The notes beneath the pieces are model-generated. The model was given only the letters and a program-made list of their open reading frames with translations, searched no databases and was not told where the DNA came from. Source: Nemertoderma westbladi (Eukaryota; Animalia; Xenacoelomorpha). From it: DNA of 64,000 bases. Of this stretch, positions 1 through 10,998 are shown piece after piece. The position numbers and the translations under genes were made by a program. Position 1 is the first letter of the stretch; the number at the start of each line of letters is the position of its first letter. Where the stretch lies: NCBI GenBank assembly GCA_032718475.1, contig JAUCBJ010001176.1:55830-119829 (forward strand), in the 5' to 3' direction.

Positions 1-1944
1 AGAGCATTAAGACCAATCGTGCAAGTGGAGTAGATGGTGTTCCCCCCTGAGGTCTTTAAAATACCTGAGTGTTTAAAGCTCATCTATCCAATCATAGTAG
101 ACATGTACCGAACAACAAGAGTCCCACAAGAAATGAAAACAAATAAGTTGGTGCCAGTTCCCAAGAAGGGCAACCTAACACTCTGGTTCTTTTCGGGGAA
201 TCTCATTGGTCTCGATTGCTGCAAAGCTATACAATAGAATTCTATTAAATCGCATCAGGGATCCCATTGAGAGACTGCTCCGTGGAAATCATATTGGGTT
301 CCGTAAAGGTCGTGGGACCATGGAGCCCATTTTGGCACTTAGAAGGATAATTGAAGAGTTATCAAAAAGAAAGACAGGCATCTGGCTGATATCTTTGTTG
401 ACTTCTTCAAGGCCTTCGATTCAGTCTCTCGCTCACATATGTTCAGCATACTTTCATCATATGGGATTCCTGATGAAATTATTGCAGCAATCAGATCAGT
501 ATACGATGGTTCGACAATGTGTTCGATGTGTCTACTGTTGACGGTGACACAGAACCATTTGAAGTGTTATGGGGCGTCCTCCAGAGAGACACACTTGCAC
601 CATTCTTGTTCATAATTGTGGTTGACTATGTTCTACGCATGTCCTTAGATCATCATAATTTTTTTCATTTCAACGTTAAACCGGTCAAGCCGGCACTTTA
701 ATAGTAAAAGGGTCAGGCCATGATGTCGAATATACACACTAATTAAATAAAATAGCAACAGTAACAAACCATCACCAAAAGCAATGACAAATACTGACTA
801 AGGTGGGTCGGATCACGTGTAGTGTTATTCGAGCGTAGTGGTAGTGATGATTTGTGGTATGATAGCTGTGTGTCTCATGGGATGTTGTAAAATTCCAGAA
901 TTCGTTTCCTCCTAACGTCAAGGGACTTCGATTGGTGACTCAGGCAACTGGCGACAAACATACCGTTGAACTGGTCCGTAAGTGTCGGTCGGTAAATGTT
1001 TATGCGCGAGCAGAGGGCGCGGGGGTCATAAGCAAATGACATGGTGATGGGGTGATGATAACTCCACCTACTGGCTCCAGAAGTCGAGGAATTCCTGCCA
1101 ATTACCTAACTGATCTAGACTTTGCTGATGACTTAGGAGTACTCTCAGAATCACTAGAGGGAGCCCAACGGCTCCTCAGCTCATTAGAACATGCTGCTTC
1201 TAGTGTTGGTCTTTTATTAACTCCAGAAAGACCACAATTTTGACAGTTAACTTTGAAAGTCCTCAGCAAGTCTCTGATCGGATGAGCATAAGCTTAAAGG
1301 ATGGTATGCTTGAGCATGTGGATAACTTCTGTTACCTGGGATCATGGATTCGGAAGTCAGGTGAGGACCTTCGAATACGTAAGGGAAAGGCATGGGCAGC
1401 CTTGAATAGGCTTTCCAGGATTTGTAAGTCACCGAGAATTAATCGGAAACTTAAGGTCCGATTATTTAGAGTAGCAGTAGTTATAGTACTCCTCTATGGG
1501 AGTCCATGCTGGGCTCTAACTGCTGAGGACACCAAATCTCTGGATGGCACATTCACAAGAATGCTACGCCGGGTTCATTGTGTCAAGTACAATGCACACA
1601 TCTCCAACCAGACACTATATAACATTGGAGGTGTCTCATTGGTTCCCCAAAGCTTGACACTAGAACAAAATCGCCTCCGCTTTGCAGGACGCCGTGAGGA
1701 CCAGCCAGTGCATAATCTTGTACTTTGGCAGCCTCATGGAGTGAATAAGCATAGTGGACAGAAAAATTACTTTCTTGAGACACATCTTAAAGGACACTGG
1801 CCTTGAAGATGCGGATGATCTAGCAAATGTCATGGGTGATAAGGAGTTGTGGCGGCGCAATTTTGTTGACAAGCCGGCACAGCATTCATAAAAATGCAGC
1901 TGCAATGCAGCATGCCGATCCTTGTAGTAGTAGTAGTAGTAGTA
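1..1944 (+). mobile_element. Degenerate RTE-clade non-LTR retrotransposon (RT domain and C-terminus), frameshifted, 5' part outside the window
   Basis: Consecutive ORF pieces carry RT motifs KLYNRILLNRI, GFRKGRGT, VDFFKAFDS (shifted frame), GVLQRDTLAPFLF, LDFADDL and FCYLGS, then an RTE-like C-terminus (LLYGSPCW...RMLRR). It ends in a (TAG)n tail at ~1925-1944, typical of RTE 3' ends. Confidence 0.9.
655..1038 (-). mobile_element. 5'-truncated 3' end of a second LINE (CR1/L2-like) nested in the RTE
   Basis: Interrupts the RTE RT frame between ...VLRMSLDH and HGDGVMITPP. The minus-strand translation contains KSLDVRGNEFWN, which resembles the C-terminal 'F.VRG...WN' motif of CR1/L2 ORF2, followed by a UTR with an A-rich end. 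Boundaries are approximate. Confidence 0.5.
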
Positions 1945-2846
1945 TGTTAGTGACATTGGTACCAGTGAGTGATCGAGTTTAGTTCAAGGAGAACGTCAGT
2001 GACATCGGTACCAGTAGTGATCGAGTTTAGTTCTAGGAGTATGTCAGGGACATCTGTACCAGTGAGTGATCGAGTTTAGTTCTAGGAGTATGTCAGTGAC
2101 ATCTGTACCAGTGAGTGATCGAGTTTAGTTCTAAGAGTATGTCAGTGACATCGGTACCAGTGAGTGATCGATTTTAGTTCTAGGAGTATGTCAGTGACAT
2201 CGGTACCAGTGAGTGGTCGAGTTTAGTTCAAGGAGTATGTCAGTGACATCGGTACCAGTGAGTGATCGATTTTAGTTCTAGGAGTATGTCAGTGACATCG
2301 GTACCAGTGAGTGGTCGAGTTTAGTTCAAGGAGTATGTCAGTGACATCGGTACCAGTGAGTGATCGATTTTAGTTCTAGGAGTATGTCAGTGACATCTGT
2401 ACCAGTGAGTGATCGAGTTTAGTTCTAAGAGTATGTCAATGACATCGGTACCAGTGAGTGGTCGAGTTTAGTTCTAGGAGTATGTCAGTGACATCGGTAC
2501 CAGTGAGTGATCGAGTTTAGTTCTAGGAGTATGTCAGTGACATCGGTACCAGTGAGTGATCGAGTTTAGTTCTAGGAGTATGTCAGGGACATCTGTACCA
2601 GTGAGTGATCGAGTTTAGTTCTAGGAGTGTGTCAGTGACATCGGTACCAGTGAGTGATCGAGTTTAGTTCTAGGAGTATGTCAGTGACATCGGTACCAGT
2701 GAGTGATCGAGTTTAGTTCTAGGAGTATGTCAGTGACATCGGTACCAGTGAGTGATCGAGTTTAGTTCTAAGAGTATGTCAGTGACATCGGTACCAGTGA
2801 GTGATCGAGTTTAGTTCAAGGAGTATGTCAGTGACATCGGTACCAG
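1945..2846. repeat. 49-bp tandem minisatellite (~18 copies)
   Basis: Unit GTATGTCAGTGACATCGGTACCAGTGAGTGATCGAGTTTAGTTCTAGGA; period 49 (2641 to 2690). Confidence 0.97.
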
Positions 2847-2881
2847 GTTTGAAGTTCCCAAGGATAAGGTATATATATATA

Positions 2882-3793
2882 TACCATGACCCGTAATATA
2901 GTGTCATTTTCTCATGACACGGACCCCCCCCCCCCCCCCCCCCCCCCAAATTTTTCTACAAATCTTTATCATATTGCTTGAAATTTGAAACACAACTAGT
3001 TCCACTCACCGTGGTTGTTACCATGAAGCCGGAATTTTCGATTTTGCCTTTAAATTTTATTCATAAGCGTTTTAAAAAAGTGTCTTTTTCGAAATCGCAC
3101 CCTCCGTATCGTGGACATTCTTCACATTAGTCGTAATTATTTCATATCATTAAAAAGCTTGCGTTAAAAGGATTCCAAATATGTAACAATGTCTGAATTT
3201 CGTTGAGAAACAGCTGAGAAATAGGCACTCAAAGATTGCAAGAATTATTGTTCACTGTAGGCCATTTATTCTATTTAATAATTACACAATATTCTGGAAC
3301 AATTTGTTTAAGTATGATTAGCTACGCAATATAGATATCGTATAGGCATTCCGCTGTTCCATACCAACTCATAAAATAAATAACTCGTTCTAGAATATTG
3401 TGTATCTATTAAATAGAATAAATGGCCTACAGGGAACGATAATTCTTGCTATCTTTGAAAGCCTATTTCTCAACTGTTTCTCAATGAAATTCAGATATTG
3501 CTACATATTTGGAATCCTTTCAACGCAAGCTTTCTATTGATGTGAAAAAATTACGACTAAAGTGAAGAATGGCAATGATACAGAGGGTGCGATTTCGCAA
3601 AAGACACTTTTTTTAAACACTTATAAATAAAATTTAAAGGCGAAATCGAAAATTCCGGCTTCATGGTAACAACCACGGTGAGTTGAACTAGTTGTGTTTC
3701 CAATTTCAAGCAATTTGATAAAGATATGTAGAAAAATTTGGGGGGGGGGGGTCCGTGTCATCAGAAAATGATCCTATATTACGGGTCATGGTG
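2882..3793. mobile_element. Foldback MITE with ~400-bp inverted arms in a TA context (Tc1/mariner-like)
   Basis: Starts (T/C)ACCATGACCCGTAATATAG and ends CTATATTACGGGTCATGGTG. The arms are inverted over most of the length (poly-C vs poly-G; CACCGTGGTTGTTACCATGAAGCCGG and its complement) and the element is flanked by TA. A second copy lies at 33657-34444. Confidence 0.88.
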
Positions 3794-3849
3794 TATATTG
3801 GGGAGGGTAACAGACATTAACTAATGTTACTGGAGAATTCGAGGTTGTG

Positions 3850-4200
3850 TTGTAATGCCAAGCGAGAAATGATATCTATTGTATTGTAGGCCACATTGTG
3901 GCAGGAGTATCCGGGGATTTCAACATCCGTTGCCATTGTTTCAGACAAAAGCGCAGAATGTATGTTGTGGAGAAAGTTTCATTCGTAGTATTGTCTAATG
4001 TAGTTCTACTGTAATTCCTTCAACATTCCAAGCGACTAGGGAGAGTGATTTAACACTGTTATCTCCTATTTGAATTGTAGGAAGATTAAATGGGAATTCT
4101 GAAAATAGGATTCGGTTTTCCCCTATAACAAATCGGTTACACCATTTTTTTATGTTAAAGACGGCCAAGTATGGTAGGGTTGAGCACAGTGGCAGCATAA
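3850..4200 (-). pseudogene. Decayed LINE ORF2 fragment (start of the APE endonuclease)
   Basis: The minus strand gives SLVAWNVEG and then, in shifted frames, ALLSETM and IPGY-like words, matching the APE motifs 'swNv.g' and 'l.ET'. Stops and frameshifts are present. Confidence 0.45.
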
Positions 4201-4287
4201 GATGGTATTGAAAGTTGGGAGGCCATGAGGAGGTAAATTGCGGAAATACAAGGTATCAGGTAGTATTTCCAGGTCTATCTTTTACCT

Positions 4288-4361
4288 GCGCCGCTAGCTG
4301 AATGGTTAGAGCGTCAGTCTTCCAACTCGGAGGTCGACAGTTCGATCCCACCTGGACGTCA
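4288..4361 (+). mobile_element. tRNA-derived SINE head / tRNA pseudogene
   Basis: A box TAGCTGAATGG and B box GTTCGATCC at tRNA spacing, but acceptor and anticodon stems pair poorly. Confidence 0.6.
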
Positions 4362-5971
4362 TTGCCAACTTTGCAAAAGCTGTGCTCAACAAAATATTAT
4401 AATATTTTTTATGTGTTTAATCTACTCCACTCCTCCCAGGCTAGTGACCCCTCTGTATGTATGAAGCCAAGCTACGGCCCATTCTAGAATAAGTTCTAAT
4501 ATTATATTTTCTTTACAACCGTTCCAATCTTTCCGCAACATTTTGCACATAGGCCATTTGTTATGTTAATTTCTGGTTTTTCCCGTGGTTTGTTGTTGAT
4601 TCTAATTAGGAGGTATGCTGGCTGCGATCTGCTGTTATATTTATTTTAGAATTTAGAGATTAATATATGTATTCCTCCTAATTAAAACATAATTGTTCAA
4701 TTTGTAATTTTTAAATTCTTAGGAAGAACCGGCAGTACTATGCTATGGGTACACACTTTGTGACCAATTTTTGGCATTACTATGTTATGGGTGCCCACTT
4801 TTTGACCAATTTTTTTGATATGAGAATGGCTTTTATTGTGAGGATTTTTGTACTAGAACAAATATTTGACCTTCTATCAGTAAGATGGTAGCTAGAAATT
4901 TTGTTTTTTAGTTAGCTAGTACTTTTGTTTTAGGTAGCTAGTACTTTTGTTTTTTAGTTAGCTAGTACTTTTTATTAGCGAGTGAAAAAAATTATAATTG
5001 AAAAGTGAAAACAATTTTTTGACCAACTTTTTCTTGTAAAAATGGCTTTTATTATGAGGTTTTTTGTTCTAGAACAAATACTTGAACTTCAGTCAGAAAG
5101 ATGGTACCAGTAACTAGTACTTTTGATTTTGTGTTAGCTAGTAAGGTACTTGTACTATTTATTAGCTAGTAAAAAAATTAAAGATATAATTTATTTCTTA
5201 ATCATATATTTGTCTGGTATAATTTATTAGTCATGGTAGCTACTGTAGTAATTTTTATTTGATTTTCAAAGTAGCTAGTAATTAGTCACTAGCTAGTTTT
5301 TTATACAAAACATAGGCAGATGCAAAATACAGTTTTTACTAGGCCTATTCAGAAATGTAAATTATGTACATTTTTTATTATATTCAGTCAGAACACTACC
5401 GTTGCTTAAAGGAATAGTTTATCATATTATTTTCTTGATCTTTTCCAGAGCATCCAAACCATTTCTAGATTTATTTCTCTTTTTATTAGTCATTCTAGAA
5501 TATCTTAATGATATGAAAATTGTCTAAATATAAGGGGCACAACAATTTTTTTGTAATTTTAAGATCACTAGCTACCTTTAAAAACACTAGCCACCATAAT
5601 AAAAAATAATAGCTAACCTCTCTCTTAATGGTGAAATTTACGTTCTAGAATAAACAAAAAACATCATGTTAATAGCCATTAACATGGTCAAATAAATGGT
5701 TAAAAAGTGGGTACCCATATTATACCGGTAGTAATGCCAAATTTTTCACATATGAAAATGGAAAATGAGTTTTTTTGTTCAAGAACAAATATTTGACCAC
5801 CTGAAAGTAATGTGGTAGTAGCTAGTAATTTTGATTTTCTGTTAGCTAGTACTTTCTAACAGCCAGTGAAAAAATAATGTTGAAAATATTTTGACCAATA
5901 TTTTCTTGTGAAAATGGTTTTTTTCATTGGCGTTTTATCGACATGGCGTTTTTTATTCTAGAACAAATATT

Positions 5972-6658
5972 GGCTAGAGCTCCGTATAGAACTGCATTTT
6001 TAAAACATATGTCATTGTTACTAGGCAAACATTGAAGAGTTCTAGAACAATATAAAATTATTATTTACTATTCTAGAACATAAATAAAATAAAAAATATA
6101 ATGTTCTAGAAGATATAGCTAGTTTTTTTTTAATTTAAATAGCTAGTAAATTTAAAAAAATATCCAATTTGGTAGATCAATTTTCTAATAAATAAATAAA
6201 ATAAATAAATAAATTTTTTTGTATTATCAGCTATTTTAAATTTGAAAAATAACTAGCTAAATGTTCTAGAACATTATATTATTTGTATTATTTATGCTCT
6301 AGAATAGTGTATAATACATATAATATTAATAAATTAAATAAAAAATAATAATGTTTTAAAACATATTGCTAGTTTTTTTTAATTTTAAAATAGCTAGTAA
6401 ATTTAACAAATAATACAATTTGGTACCGGTAGATTTTTAGACTTTTTTAGTAATAATATAAATATAAATTTTTTATTATTACTAGTTATTTTAAATTTTA
6501 AAAATTACGAGCTATATGTTCTAGAACAATAAATTCTTTATTTTATTTTGTTCTAGAATAGTGTATATTATATATTTTTTGTTCTAGAACTCTTAACTGT
6601 GGCCATCGAAACAATGATTTATGTTATAAAAATTCAGTTCTATACGGAACTGTTACCC
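5972..6658. mobile_element. Palindromic MITE with GG...CC termini and ~8-bp TSD (Merlin-like)
   Basis: GGCTAGAGCTCCGTATAGAACTG ... CAGTTCTATACGGAACTGTTACC, with flanks CAAATATT / CAAGTATT. Related copies at 6904-6975 (partial), 28451-29473 and 33589-33655 (partial). Confidence 0.75.
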
Positions 6659-6986
6659 AAGTATTTGACCTTTGACCTTGAAGAATAGTTTTAGTAATTT
6701 TGATTTTGAGTTAGCTAGTAGTAGGCTACTTTAATAATCCTCAGTTGAATTTGTCTGGAATAATTTATGGGTTATCGTAGCTAGTAATTTTTATTTTATA
6801 ATCAATGTAGAATTATTTACTTAGCTACTTTTTATTGTATAAAATTTATTATATTAAAATACAGCTTTTATTATTCAGAAATGTAAATGATATCCTTTTT
6901 TTTGGTAACAGTTCCGTATAGAACTACATTTTTATAACATAAATCATTGTTACCATGGCAACAGTTACCAACAGTTACCAACAGCA

Positions 6987-8272
6987 ATCGTTTTATTCTA
7001 GCTGGTGGGTATTGGTTGGTTTCCTGGTTTGTTTTATTCTAGCTAGTGGGTATTGGTTGGTTTGCTGGTTCGTTTTATTCTAGCTAGTGGGTATTGGTTG
7101 GTTTGCTGGTTCGTTTTATTCTAGCTGGTGGGTATTGGTTGGTTTGCTGGTTCGTTTTATTCTAGCTAGTGGGTATTGGTTGGTTTGTGGGGTATTGGTT
7201 GGTTTGCTGGTTCGTTTTATTCTAGCTGGTGGGTATTGGTTGGTTTGCTGGTTCGTTTTATTCTAGCTGGTGGGTATTGGTTGGTTTGCTGGTTCGTTTT
7301 ATTCTAGCTAGTGGGTATTGGTTGGTTTGTTGGGTATTGGTTGGTTTGCTGGTTCGTTTTATTCTAGCTGGTGGGTATTGGTTGGTTTGCTGGTTCGTTT
7401 TATTCTAGCTAGTGGGTATTGGTTGGTTTGTGCTGGGTATTGGTTGGTTTGCTGGTTCGTTTTATTCTAGCTAGTGGGTATTGGTTGGTTTGCTGGTTCG
7501 TTTTATTCTAGCTGGTGGGTATTGGTTGGCTTGCTGGTTCGTTTTATTTAAGCTAGTGGGTATTGGTTGGTTTGCTGGTTCGTTTTATTCTAGCTGGTGG
7601 GTATTGTTTGTTTTGCTGGTTCGTTTTATTCTAGCTGGTGGGTATTGGTTGGTTTGCTGGTTCGTTTTATTCTAGTTAGTGGGTATTGGTTGGTTAGTTG
7701 GGTATTGGTTGGTTTGCTGGTTCGTTTTATTCTAGCTAGTGGGTATTGGTTGGTTTGCTGGTTCGTTTTATTCTAGCTGGTGGGTATTGTTTGGTTTGCT
7801 GGTTCGTTTTATTCTAGCTGGTGGGTATTGGTTGGTTTGCTGGTTCGTTTTATTCTAGCTAGTGGGTATTGGTTGGTTTGTGCTGGGTATTGGTTGGTTT
7901 GCTGGTTCGTTTTATTCTAGCTAGTGGGTATTGGTTGGTTTGCTGGTTCGTTTTATTCTAGCTGGTGGGTATTGGTTGGCTTGCTGGTTCGTTTTATTTA
8001 AGCTAGTGGGTATTGGTTGGTTTGCTGGTTCGTTTTATTCTAGCTGGTGGGTATTGTTTGGTTTGCTGGTTCGTTTTATTCTAGCTGGTGGGTATTGGTT
8101 GGTTTGCTGGTTCGTTTTATTCTAGCTAGTGGGTATTGGTTGGTTTGCTGGTTCGTTTTATTCTAGCTGGTGGGTATTGGTTGGCTTGCTGGTTCGTTTT
8201 ATTTAAGCTAGTGGGTATTGGTTGGTTTGCTGGTTCGTTTTATTCTAGCTAGTGGGTATTGGTTGGTTTGAT
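6987..8272. repeat. 41-bp satellite array, left part (interrupted by the LTR element)
   Basis: Unit TTCGTTTTATTCTAGCTGGTGGGTATTGGTTGGTTTGCTGG with partial-unit variants. Confidence 0.97.
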
Positions 8273-10187
8273 TATAGAATTATATTCCCTAAATGCCGTG
8301 GATTTTCAAAATTTTATTTTATTCGAATTAACTTTGTAAAAGATTACTTTGAGTCCTCATTTGTGTTTGTTCTATCATTTGTACGCCTATCGGTCAAGTG
8401 GTTCAGTAGCTCAGTCGGTAGAGCGTTGGAAATTATATGTGTAGTAGGTATTGAGTTCGAATCCTAGTAAGTGCGAATTATTTTTTGTACAGAATTTCAA
8501 CTCATTTAAATTGACCGCTACAAATTAATTGCATTTGTCTGTACCAATGAGACTGTAGTTATTTGATTGTAACCAATGTCGTGCAAGTTATATATTAGCT
8601 GGACCAATAGCTATCTTTAAAACCCTGTTAGAACCTATAGAACAATCGAGAATTTTCTCGATTGATTGCAGCACAAATTTGCTATATAAAGGTGCGATTT
8701 GTTCATTAGTTCTCTCTCTCAATCTTACACATCACAATCTTATACATTCATTATCTCAGTGCATTCTATCTATATCTTTCTGATCTCATTAGTTATTATC
8801 TTATCTGTTTGATTTTGTAATAAAAGTTCGAAATACTTGTCAATCTCAGCCCTTTTCTATCTGTTTTACCATGGATTCACTACGGTGAACAAACCTAAGG
8901 GACAGGATGGCCGGCTAGAGATCGGGCCGCAGCAATGAACGGGAACATCGAGGGAATGTAGACCAGAGACAACCCGCAATACCATCTCGAGTTATTCGCC
9001 CATCGCCTGAAAGGTTAGACAGCGTTCGACGCCTTGCTACCTAAGTGTAAGACCAAAAGATCAAAAGGGTAGAAGTAGTGACACGCTGTGAGCCTAAAAT
9101 TACATCTTAGGGACTGTACTGTCTTGATTCAGGAAAAACCGCAGTAGACCTTCATATTCCTACTGGGGGAGAGCGCAGGCAGATACTAGTACGCAGATAG
9201 GACGTAGGCACACCGGTACGAAGCATACAAATTGGTAGGGTGCAGCAAACTGTACGCCTAACTCTTGCTAAGTGCAGGTGCGCTTGCGACTATTTGCAGT
9301 ACAACGGTGTCCATTGCATTAGAACTTGTAGGCTAGGAGGGTTGCTGTGTTTTCACCTGAATTAGGATTGTACCGTTCAGGCGGTAGGGCAGTTTACAAC
9401 TAGGCGCAAATAAATTGAGGCTATTAGGGATATACTAACATCTACCGTGTCCCCGCCAACGTCTTGATAGGAAGTTACCCAGCCTACCTAGGTGACTAAA
9501 ATTCTAGATAAGAGCCAGGATAGCTATTAGTAACTGTACGCCTACAGTAGTAAACTAACACATCTCTTCTTAGTATCAGGGACCTGGTACCTAAAATTGC
9601 CGAATTCTGGACGTAGCATTAACCTTATGCCTGAATTTGAGTCCTGGAAATACGCAAGAGGGGAAGGAACCTTATCATTCGTGAGTATTGGACCTACAAG
9701 TTACAAAATTAGAATATTCGTAAAATGCACACCGTACCCAGTAATTATATATGTGAAGGAGCAAAACTGCTTTTGACCGTTCAGAATTGACACACGCGCG
9801 TTAGAAATTATTTACACCTCAAAATATATAAAATTAACTTTCGTCCTTACTGCACTTTGCTCGCTAGTTAGACATCTCCAAATATCTGCCTCTGTACCTA
9901 GCTAGCGTCCCTTTGCCCAACCATATAAATCACACCGCGGCAAAGTATACGAGCCCCTTAGTCCGTCAGTGAGTCAGCCTGATTTTAGGATTCGCTGCGC
10001 GGGATTTTGTTTTATCGAAGTTTGTCTGCTCGTAGACTGTTTTCTGCCTCACCGGTTATAAGAGATCGATACTGCAATATATTCGCTTACTTAGAGTTTA
10101 CTGTTTTGGTGAGAAGGTCGGATTTATGATTTGATTCACAAACTTTACAGTAGGACATTGCAGGTATTGTTACTGTCTCTTCGAATA
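8273..10187 (+). repeat. 5' LTR (1915 bp)
   Basis: TATAGAATT...CTCTTCGAATA; direct repeat of 23786-25700. Contains TATATAAA at ~8684 and AATAAA at ~8819 and ~9409. Confidence 0.97.
8400..8486 (+). promoter_or_regulatory. tRNA-like Pol III cassette in LTR U3 (also at ~23913-23999)
   Basis: A box TAGCTCAGTCGG(TAGAGC) 8407-8418, B box GAGTTCGAATCC 8453-8464, T6 terminator 8481-8486. There is no proper cloverleaf. Confidence 0.7.
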
Positions 10188-10198
10188 GTAGGAATATG
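10188..10198 (+). promoter_or_regulatory. Atypical primer-binding site (GTAGGAATATG), complementary to LTR 9153-9163
   Basis: Immediately follows the 5' LTR and lacks TGG. It is the exact reverse complement of CATATTCCTAC in the LTR. Confidence 0.7.
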
Positions 10199-10998
10199 TT
10201 TTACTGAACTACGGTTCGGTAGGACTAAAGTTATTTGAAAATTTTGTATTTTGAGGTAAAAGTTTGTATTTGATTAGCTAAGTGCTAATTTTTGAAATAA
10301 AAATTTGATTTGAACCGCGTGTAAAATATTTTTGGAATTGAATACCGGTGTTTAAAAAAGGGTTTAAATACCATATTGTACCGGTACAAAATTTTTCGTA
10401 AAGTAAAACCTAACTCTTTTGTTTTTCAGGATTCAGAACTCATTTCTAGACTGTAACGGGAGCAAGACCGTGTTTAGCAAGTTTGGGAGATAGATAACTC
10501 AACAACTTTGGTTGGGAAAATCGCGTTTCGTCCGCAACGTTAAAAACGGAAAGGTTCACGTCCGGTTTGTATCTGGGAATCTGTTTTTCTGGAGAATTAT
10601 TGGAGTGGGTGAGTTCGAAAAGTTGCATAAATAAGTTAGGCATTACCGTATTAGTTAAAATTATTGTGGGTTCCACTGTCTCAAGTATTTATGCATTCCG
10701 TACGATTTCTTTGTTCATTGCTGAATTAGTCCGTATTATTGTATTTAATTTACCTTTTGATAACGCATATCGTTATCCGATTTATTTGTTATAAAATTGG
10801 CCGCTAGGCTAATTTTATTATATACTTATTCCGTGACATTTATTTGCTGTAAAATTGGCCGTTTTAGGCTAATTTTATCCATCTGCTATAAAATCGGCCG
10901 GTAGGCTAATTTTATATGACTGTAATTAGTACCGTTTTATACAAATACGGTAAGTTTGATACTTTGACACTCACTTTACTTGACTTACAACTATCGAA

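Noticed and set aside
1945-2846. CRISPR-like regular repeat arrays (here and in the other minisatellites)
   Set aside because: Units are head-to-tail with no unique spacers, the context is eukaryotic and there are no cas genes.
4740-5960. AT-rich region dense in GCTAG/TTCTAGAA words, with similarity to ~29580-29770 and ~34520-34680
   Set aside because: Appears to be old fragmented repeat sequence. No boundaries, TSD or coding signal could be defined.
8400-8486. Functional tRNA gene or element-encoded tRNA primer
   Set aside because: Acceptor and anticodon stems do not pair, there is no CCA, and there is no complementarity to the PBS position.
9171-10010. Canonical group II or group I intron in the LTR
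   Set aside because: The GAGCG start and large first domain are suggestive, but GAGCCCCTTAG... at ~9951 does not form a 34-nt domain V, and no convincing P7 (R/S) pairing was found.
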